This document shows positions 55,001-64,000 of a stretch of DNA of 64,000 bases, one piece after another (positions within the stretch are counted from its first letter, which is position 1; every line of letters starts with the position of its first letter). The notes below the pieces were generated by a model. That model was not told where the DNA came from, ran no database searches, and was given only the letters and a program-made list of their open reading frames with translations. This DNA is from the human T2T-CHM13v2.0 reference genome, Homo sapiens. The stretch lies in the NCBI RefSeq assembly GCF_009914755.1, contig NC_060946.1. One strand, 5' to 3'. The translations under genes and the position numbers were made by a program.

Positions 55001-58000
55001 CTTGCACATACTACAAAAAGAGTGCCTCAAAGCTGCTCTCTGAAATGGAATGTTCAACTCTATGAGTTGAATGCAAACATCACAAAGACGTTTCTGAGAA
55101 TGCTTCTGTCTAGATTTGATATGAAGATATTCCCGTTTCCAACGAAATCTTCAAATCTATCCAAATGTCCACTTGCAGATTCAACAAAAAGTGTTTTTCA
55201 GAACTGATCTATCAAAAGAAAGATCCACCTCTGTTAGCTGAGTTCACACATCCAAACAAGTTTATGAGAATGCTTCTGTCTAGTTTTTATTTGAAGATAT
55301 TTCCTTTCTCACCATAGACCTGAAAGCTGTCCTAATGTTCACTTCCAGATACCACAGAAAGAGTGTTTAAAAACTGCTGTACGAAAGGGAATGTTCAACT
55401 CTGTGACTTGAATGCACACATCACAAAGAAGTTTCTGAGGATGCTGCTGTCTACTTTTTATACGTAATCCCGTTTCCAACGAAATCCTCCAAGCTATCCA
55501 AATATCCACTTGCAGATTCCACAGAAAGACTGTTTCAAAACTGCTCTGTCAATAGAAAGGTTCAACTCTGTTAGCTGCGTGCATATATCCCAAAGAAGAT
55601 TCTGAGATTGCTTCTGTCTAGTTTTTATGGGAAGATATTCCCCTTTTCACCGTAGGCGTCAAGGCGCTCCAAATGTCCATTTCCAGATACTACAAAAAGA
55701 GTGTTTCAAACCTACTCTGTGAAAGGGAATATTCAACTCTGTGACTTGAATGCACATATCACAAAGAAGTTTCTGAGAATGCTTCTGTCGAGATTTTATA
55801 TGAAGATATTCCCGTTTCCAACGAAATCCTGAAATCTATCCAAATATCCCCTCGCAGATTCTACAAAAAGAGTGTTTCAAAACTGTTCTGTAAAAAGAAA
55901 GGTTCAACTCTGTTAGTTGAGTACACACATCACAAACAAGTATCACAGAATGCTTCTTTCTAGCTTGTAGGGGAAGATATTCCCTTTATCACCATGGGCC
56001 TCAAACCGTCCGAAACGTCCACTTCCATATACTTCAAAAAGAGCGTTTCAAACCTGCTCTATGAAAGGCAATGTTCAACTCTGTGACTTGAATGCAGACA
56101 TCACAGAGCTGTTTCTGAGAATGCTTCTGTCTAGATTTTATAGGATGATATTCCCGTTTCCAACGAAATCTTCACAGCTATCCAAATATCCACTTGCAGA
56201 TTCTACAAAAAGAGTGTATCCAAACTGCTCTGGCAAAAGGAAGGTTCTTCTCTGTTAGGTGAGTGCATACGTCATAAAGGAGTTTCTGAGAATGTTTCTG
56301 TCTAGTGGTTATGGGAAGATATTTGCTTTTTCACCGTAGGCCTCAGAGCGCTCCAAATATCCACTTGCACATACTACAAAAAGAGTGCCTCAAAGCTGCT
56401 CTCTGAAATGGAATGTTCAACTCTATGAGTTGAATGCAAACATCACAAAGACGTTTCTGAGAATGCTTCTGTCTAGATTTGATATGAAGATATTCCCGTT
56501 TCCAACGAAATCTTCAAATCTATCCAAATGTCCACTTGCAGATTCAACAAAAAGTGTTTTTCAGAACTGCTCTATCAAAAGAAAGATCCACCTCTGTTAG
56601 CTGAGTTCACACATCCAAACAAGTTTATGAGAATGCTTCTGTCTAGTTTTTATTTGAAGATATTTCCTTTCTCACCATAGACCTGAAAGCTGTCCTAATG
56701 TTCACTTCCAGATACCACAGAAAGAGTGTTTAAAAACTGCTGTACGAAAGGGAATGTTCAACTCTGTGACTTGAATGCACACATCACAAAGAAGTTTCTG
56801 AGGATGCTGCTGTCTACTTTTTATACGTAATCCCGTTTCCAACGAAATCCTCCAAGCTATCCAAATATCCACTTGCAGATTCCACAGAAAGACTGTTTCA
56901 AAACTGCTCTGTCAATAGAAAGGTTCAACTCTGTTAGCTGCGTGCATATATCCCAAAGAAGATTTTGAGATTGCTTCTGTCTAGTTTTTATGGGAAGATA
57001 TTTCCCTTTTCACCGTAGGTGTCAAGGCTCTCCAAATGTCCACTTCCAGATACTACAAAAAGAGTGTTTCAAACCTACTCTGTGAAAGGGAATATTCAAC
57101 TCTGTGACTTGAATGCACATATCACAAAGAAGTTTCTGAGAATGCTTCTGTCGAGATTTTATATGAAGATATTCCCGTTTCCAAAGAAATCCTGAAATCT
57201 ATCCAAATATCCCCTCGCAGATTCTACAAAAAGAGTGTTTCAAAACTGCTCTGTAAAAAGAAAGGTTCAACTCTGTTAGTTGAGTACACACATCACAAAC
57301 AAGTTTCACAGAATGCTTCTTTCTAGCTTGTAGGGGAAGATATTCCCTTTATCACCATGGGCCTCCAACCGTCCGAAACGTCCACTTCCATATACTACAA
57401 AAAGAGCGTTTCAAACCTGCTCTAGGAAAGGCAATGTTCAACTCTGTGACTTGAATGCAGACATCACAGAGCAGTTTCTGAGAATGCTTCTGTCTAGATT
57501 TTATAGGAAGATATTCCCGTTTCCAACGAAATCTTCACAGCTATCCAAATATCCACTTGCAGATTCTACAAAAAGAGTGTATCAAAACTGCTCTGTCAAA
57601 AGGAAGGTTCTTCTCTGTTAGGTGAGTGCATACGTCATAAAGGAGTTTCTGAGAATGTTTCTGTCTAGTGTTTATGGGAAGATATTTGCTTTTTCACCAT
57701 AGGCCACAGAGCGCTCCAAATATCCACTTGCACATACTACAAAAAGAGTGCCTCAAAGCTGCTCTTTGAAACGGAATGTTCAACTCTATGAGTTGAATGC
57801 AAACATCACAAAGACGTTTCTGAGAATGCTTCTGTCTAGATTTGATATGAAGATATTCCCGTTTCCAACGAAATCTTCAAATCTATCCAAATGTCCACTT
57901 GCAGATTCAACAAAAAGTGTTTTTCAGAACTGCTCTATCAAAAGAAAGATCCACCTCTGTTAGCTGAGTTCACACATCACAAACAAGTTTATGAGAATGC

Positions 58001-61000
58001 TTCTGTCTAGTTTTTATTTGAAGATATTTCCTTTCTCACCATAGACCTGAAAGCTGTCCTAATGTTCACTTCCAGATACTACAGAAAGAGTGTTTCAAAA
58101 CTGCTGTACGAAAGGGAATGTTCAACTCTGTGACTTGAATGCACACATCACAAAGAAGTTTCTGAGGATGCTGCTGTCTACTTTTTATACGTAATCCCGT
58201 TTCCAACGAAATCCTCCAAGCTATCCAAATATCCACTTGCAGATTCCACAGAAAGACTGTTTCAAAACTGCTCTGTCAATAGAAAGGTTCAACCCTGTTA
58301 GCTGCGTGCATATATCCCAAAGAAGATTCTGAGATTGCTTCTGTCTAGTTTTTATGGGAAGATATTTCCCTTTTCACCGTAGGCGTCAAGGCGCTCCAAA
58401 TGTCCACTTCCAGATACTACAAAAAGAGTGTTTCAAACCTACTCTGTGAAAGGGAATATTCAACTCTGTGACTTGAATGCACATATCACAAAGAAGTTTC
58501 TGAGAATGCTTCTGTCGAGATTTTATATGAAGATATTCCCGTTTCCAACGAAATCCTGAAATCTATCCAAATATCCCCTCGCAGATTCTACAAAAAGAGT
58601 GTTTCAAAACTGTTCTGTAAAAAGAAAGGTTCAACTCTGTTAGTTGAGTACACACATCACAAACAAGTATCACAGAATGCTTCTTTCTAGCTTGTAGGGA
58701 AAGATATTCCCTTTATCACAATGGGACTCAAACCGTCCGAAACGTCCACTTCCATATACTTCAAAAAGAGCGTTTCAAAACTGCTCTATGAAAGGCAATG
58801 TTCAACTCTGTGACTTGAATGCAGACATCACAGAGCTGTTTCTGAGAATGCTTCTGTCTAGATTTTATAGGATGATATTCCCGTTTCCAACGAAATCTTC
58901 ACAGCTATCCAAATATCCACTTGCAGATTCTACAAAAAGAGTGTATCCAAACTGCTCTGGCAAAAGGAAGGTTCTTCTCTGTTAGGTGAGTGCATACGTC
59001 ATAAAGGAGTTTCTGAGAATGTTTCTGTCTAGTGGTTATGGGAAGATATTTGCTTTTTCACCGTAGGCCTCAGAGCGCTCCAAATATCCACTTGCACATA
59101 CTACAAAAAGAGTGCCTCAAAGCTGCTCTCTGAAATGGAATGTTCAACTCTATGAGTTGAATGCAAACATCACAAAGACGTTTCTGAGAATGCTTCTGTC
59201 TAGATTTGATATGAAGATATTCCCGTTTCCAACGAAATCTTCAAATCTATCCAAATGTCCACTTGCAGATTCAACGAAAAGTGTTTTTCAGAACTGCTCT
59301 ATCAAAAGAAAGATCCACCTCTGTTAGCTGAGTTCACACATCCAAACAAGTTTATTAGAATGCTTCTGTCTAGTTTTTATTTGAAGATATTTCCTTTCTC
59401 ACCATAGACCTGAAAGCTGTCCTAATGTTCACTTCCAGATACCACAGAAAGAGTGTTTAAAAACTGCTGTACGAAAGGGAATGGTCAACTCTGTGACTTG
59501 AATGCACACATCACAAAGAAGTTTCTGAGGATGCTGCTGTCTACTTTTTATACGTAATCCCGTTTCCAACGAAATCCTCCAAGCTATCCAAATATCCACT
59601 TGCAGATTCCACAGAAAGACTGTTTCAAAACTGCTCTGTCAATAGAAAGGTTCAACTCTGTTAGCTGCGTGCATATATCCCAAAGAAGATTCTGAGATTG
59701 CTTCTGTCTAGTTTTTATGGGAAGATATTCCCCTTTTCACCGTAGGTGTCAAGGCGCTCCAAATGTCCACTTCCAGATACTACAAAAAGAGTGTTTCAAA
59801 CCTACTCTGTGAAAGGGAATATTCAACTCTGTGACTTTAATGCACATATCACAAAGAAGTTTCTGAGAATGCTTCTGTCGAGATTTTATATGAAGATATT
59901 CCCGTTTCCAAAGAAATCCTGAAATCTATCCAAATATCCCCTCACAGATTCTACAAAAAGAGTGTTTCAAAACTGCTCTGTAAAAAGAAAGGTTCAACTC
60001 TGTTAGTTGAGTACACACATCACAAACAAGTTTCACAGAATGCTTCTTTCTAGCTTGTAGGGGAAGATATTCCCTTTATCACCATGGGCCTCCAACCGTC
60101 CGAAACGTCCACTTCCATATACTACAAAAAGAGCGTTTCAAACCTGCTCTATGAAAGGCAATGTTCAACTCTGTGACTTGAATGCAGACATCACAGAGCA
60201 GTTTCTGAGAATGCTTCTGTCTAGATTTTATAGGAAGATATTCCCGTTTCCAACGAAATCTTCACAGCTATCCAAATATCCACTTGCAGATTCTACAAAA
60301 AGAGTGTATCAAAACTGCTCTGTCAAAAGGAAGGTTCTTCTCTGTTAGGTGAGTGCATACGTCATAAAGGAGTTTCTGAGAATGTTTCTGTCTAGTGGTT
60401 ATGGGAAGATATTTGCTTTTTCACCGTAGGCCTCAGAGCGCTCCAAATATCCACTTGCACATACTACAAAAAGAGTGCCTCAAAGCTGCTCTTTGAAACG
60501 GAATGTTCAACTCTATGAGTTGAATGCAAACATCACAAAGACGTTTCTGAGAATGCTTCTGTCTAGATTTGATATGAAGATATTCCCGTTTCCAACGAAA
60601 TCTTCAAATCTATCCAAATGTCCACTTGCAGATTCAACAAAAAGTGTTTTTCAGAACTGCTCTATCAAAAGAAAGATCCACCTCTGTTAGCTGAGTTCAC
60701 ACATCACAAACAAGTTTATGAGAATGCTTCTGTCTAGTTTTTATTTGAAGATATTTCCTTTCTCACCATAGACCTGAAAGCTGTCCTAATGTTCACTTCC
60801 AGATACTACAGAAAGAGTGTTTCAAAACTGCTGTACGAAAGGGAATGTTCAACTCTGTGACTTGAATGCACACATCACAAAGAAGTTTCTGAGGATGCTG
60901 CTGTCTACTTTTTATACGTAATCCCGTTTCCAACGAAATCCTCCAAGCTATCCAAATATCCACTTGCAGATTCCACAGAAAGACTGTTTCAAAACTGCTC

Positions 61001-61523
61001 TGTCAATAGAAAGGTTCAACCCTGTTAGCTGCGTGCATATATCCCAAAGAAGATTCTGAGATTGCTTCTGTCTAGTTTTTATGGGAAGATATTTCCCTTT
61101 TCACCGTAGGCGTCAAGGCGCTCCAAATGTCCACTTCCAGATACTACAAAAAGAGTGTTTCAAACCTACTCTGTGAAAGGGAATATTCAACTCTGTGACT
61201 TGAATGCACATATCACAAAGAAGTTTCTGAGAATGCTTCTGTCGAGATTTTATATGAAGATATTCCCGTTTCCAACGAAATCCTGAAATCTATCCAAATA
61301 TCCCCTCGCAGATTCTACAAAAAGAGTGTTTCAAAACTGTTCTGTAAAAAGAAAGGTTCAACTCTGTTAGTTGAGTACACACATCACAAACAAGTATCAC
61401 AGAATGCTTCTTTCTAGCTTGTAGGGAAAGATATTCCCTTTATCACAATGGGACTCAAACCGTCCGAAACGTCCACTTCCATATACTTCAAAAAGAGCGT
61501 TTCAAAACTGCTCTATGAAAGGC

Positions 61524-61533
61524 AATGTAATGT
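61524..61533. repeat. 5-bp tandem micro-duplication (AATGT x2) in HOR unit 46
   Basis: GGCAATGTAATGTTCAAC versus the consensus GGCAATGTTCAAC. It accounts for the single 1369-bp interval (60475 to 61844). Confidence 0.95.
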
Positions 61534-64000
61534 TCAACTCTGTGACTTGAATGCAGACATCACAGAGCTGTTTCTGAGAATGCTTCTGTCTAGATTTTAT
61601 AGGATGATATTCCCGTTTCCAACGAAATCTTCACAGCTATCCAAATATCCACTTGCAGATTCTACAAAAAGAGTGTATCCAAACTGCTCTGGCAAAAGGA
61701 AGGTTCTTCTCTGTTAGGTGAGTGCATACGTCATAAAGGAGTTTCTGAGAATGTTTCTGTCTAGTGGTTATGGGAAGATATTTGCTTTTTCACCGTAGGC
61801 CTCAGAGCGCTCCAAATATCCACTTGCACATACTACAAAAAGAGTGCCTCAAAGCTGCTCTCTGAAATGGAATGTTCAACTCTATGAGTTGAATGCAAAC
61901 ATCACAAAGACGTTTCTGAGAATGCTTCTGTCTAGATTTGATATGAAGATATTCCCGTTTCCAACGAAATCTTCAAATCTATCCAAATGTCCACTTGCAG
62001 ATTCAACGAAAAGTGTTTTTCAGAACTGCTCTATCAAAAGAAAGATCCACCTCTGTTAGCTGAGTTCACACATCCAAACAAGTTTATTAGAATGCTTCTG
62101 TCTAGTTTTTATTTGAAGATATTTCCTTTCTCACCATAGACCTGAAAGCTGTCCTAATGTTCACTTCCAGATACCACAGAAAGAGTGTTTAAAAACTGCT
62201 GTACGAAAGGGAATGGTCAACTCTGTGACTTGAATGCACACATCACAAAGAAGTTTCTGAGGATGCTGCTGTCTACTTTTTATACGTAATCCCGTTTCCA
62301 ACGAAATCCTCCAAGCTATCCAAATATCCACTTGCAGATTCCACAGAAAGACTGTTTCAAAACTGCTCTGTCAATAGAAAGGTTCAACTCTGTTAGCTGC
62401 GTGCATATATCCCAAAGAAGATTCTGAGATTGCTTCTGTCTAGTTTTTATGGGAAGATATTCCCCTTTTCACCGTAGGTGTCAAGGCGCTCCAAATGTCC
62501 ACTTCCAGATACTACAAAAAGAGTGTTTCAAACCTACTCTGTGAAAGGGAATATTCAACTCTGTGACTTTAATGCACATATCACAAAGAAGTTTCTGAGA
62601 ATGCTTCTGTCGAGATTTTATATGAAGATATTCCCGTTTCCAAAGAAATCCTGAAATCTATCCAAATATCCCCTCACAGATTCTACAAAAAGAGTGTTTC
62701 AAAACTGCTCTGTAAAAAGAAAGGTTCAACTCTGTTACTTGAGTACACACATCACAAACAAGTTTCACAGAATGCTTCTTTCTAGCTTGTAGGGGAAGAT
62801 ATTCCGTTTATCACCATGGTCTTCAAACCGTCCGAAACGTCCACTTCCATATACTACAAAAAGAGCGTTTCAAACCTGCTCTATGAAAGGCAATGTTCAA
62901 CTCTGTGACTTGAATGCAGACATCACAGAGCAGTTTCTGAGAATGCTTCTGTCTAGATTTTATAGGAAGATATTCCCGTTTCCAACGAAATCTTCACAGC
63001 TATCCAAATATCCACTTGCAGATTCTACAAAAAGAGTGTATCAAAACTGCTCTGTCAAAAGGAAGGTTCTTCTCTGTTAGGTGAGTGCATACGTCATAAA
63101 GGAGTTTCTGAGAATGTTTCTGTCTAGTGGTTATGGGAAGATATTTGCTTTTTCACCGTAGGCCTCAGAGCGCTCCAAATATCCACTTGCACATACTACA
63201 AAAAGAGTGCCTCAAAGCTGCTCTTTGAAACGGAATGTTCAACTCTATGAGTTGAATGCAAACATCACAAAGACGTTTCTGAGAATGCTTCTGTCTAGAT
63301 TTGATATGAAGATATTCCCGTTTCCAACGAAATCTTCAAATCTATCCAAATGTCCACTTGCAGATTCAACAAAAAGTGTTTTTCAGAACTGCTCTATCAA
63401 AAGAAAGATCCACCTCTGTTAGCTGAGTTCACACATCACAAACAAGTTTATGAGAATGCTTCTGTCTAGTTTTTATTTGAAGATATTTCCTTTCTCACCA
63501 TAGACCTGAAAGCTGTCCTAATGTTCACTTCCAGATACCACAGAAAGAGTGTTTAAAAACTGCTGTACGAAAGGGAATGTTCAACTCTGTGACTTGAATG
63601 CACACATCACAAAGAAGTTTCTGAGGATGCTGCTGTCTACTTTTTATAAGTAATCCCGTTTCCAACGAAATCCTCCAAGCTATCCAAATATCCACTTGCA
63701 GATTCCACAGAAAGACTGTTTCAAAACTGCTCTGTCAATAGAAAGGTTCAACTCTGTTAGCTGCGTGCATATATCCCAAAGAAGATTCTGAGATTGCTTC
63801 TGTCTAGTTTTTATGGGAAGATATTTCCCTTTTCACCGTAGGCGTCAAGGCGCTCCAAATGTCCACTTCCAGATACTACAAAAAGAGTGTTTCAAACCTA
63901 CTCTGTGAAAGGGAATATTCAACTCTGTGACTTGAATGCACATATCACAAAGAAGTTTCTGAGAATGCTTCTGTCGAGATTTTATATGAAGATATTCCCG

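Larger units (their letters stand above)
1..64000 (-). repeat. Alpha-satellite HOR array: 8-monomer, 1364-bp HOR, about 46.9 tandem copies; SF2-type, probably D14Z9/D22Z1 (S2C14/22H1L) active centromeric array
   Basis: Homologous ORF starts recur at 468, 1832, 3196 ... 63207 (47 copies), spaced 1364 bp, with ten 1363-bp intervals and one 1369-bp interval. There is an internal ~171/342-bp periodicity. Alphoid motifs such as TTTCTGAGAATGCTTCTGTCTAG, TTCAACTCTGTGA and ACAAAAAGAGTGTTTCAAA are present, and CENP-B boxes occur in every second monomer. The alpha-satellite call is near certain; the chromosome assignment is less so (about 0.75). Confidence 0.99.

Noticed and set aside
61448-61717. 89-aa ORF with a novel N-terminus
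   Set aside because: It is a frameshift fusion caused by the 5-bp AATGT duplication.
144-63422. About 70 repeated 61-113 aa ORFs (MKGNVQ..., MPQSCS..., MLQSCS...)
   Set aside because: They are chance stop-free frames of alpha satellite repeated once per HOR. Many start at GTG or TTG, they appear and disappear with single SNVs (ATG/AGG), and there is no gene context or recognisable domain. They were used only as positional and haplotype markers.
235-64000. Regularly spaced conserved 17-bp motif resembling a CRISPR or iteron array
   Set aside because: These are CENP-B boxes. The intervening sequences are themselves repeated monomers of about 325 bp rather than unique spacers, and there are no cas or rep genes.
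1-64000. Transposon insertion, inversion or truncated (non-8-mer) structural HOR variant
   Set aside because: Every inter-unit interval is 1363, 1364 or 1369 bp and all boxes have the same orientation, leaving no room for L1/Alu insertions or monomer deletions.
1-64000. A previously undescribed gene-encoded biological system
   Set aside because: There is no non-satellite sequence in the window. Any novelty is limited to repeat-variant architecture.

Overview
The whole 64 kb window is one uninterrupted, single-orientation array of primate (almost certainly human) centromeric alpha-satellite DNA. It holds about 46.9 copies of a 1364-bp higher-order repeat (HOR) built from eight ~171-bp monomers that alternate between A-type (pJalpha box) and B-type (CENP-B box). 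The + strand is the reverse complement of the conventional orientation. The 8-mer length, SF2-like dimeric monomers and an XbaI-TaqI spacing of 680 bp best fit the chr14/chr22 live HOR (D14Z9/D22Z1, S2C14/22H1L); this assignment is from recall and needs alignment. I found no genes, RNA genes, transposons, CRISPR arrays or inversions. All ORFs in the track are chance by-products of the repeat. I see no new gene-encoded system. The interesting structure is in the HOR variants: (1) the copies fall into about five SNV haplotypes in a recurrent order C-L-T1-W-T2, a 6819-bp 'HOR of HORs'; (2) departures from that order coincide with hybrid HORs, as expected from in-register unequal exchange; (3) recent 1-, 2- and 3-HOR tandem duplications are visible; (4) one CENP-B box is predicted inactive in 19 of 46 complete copies. 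HOR numbering used below starts with unit 1 at position 1. All variant calls and counts were made by eye.
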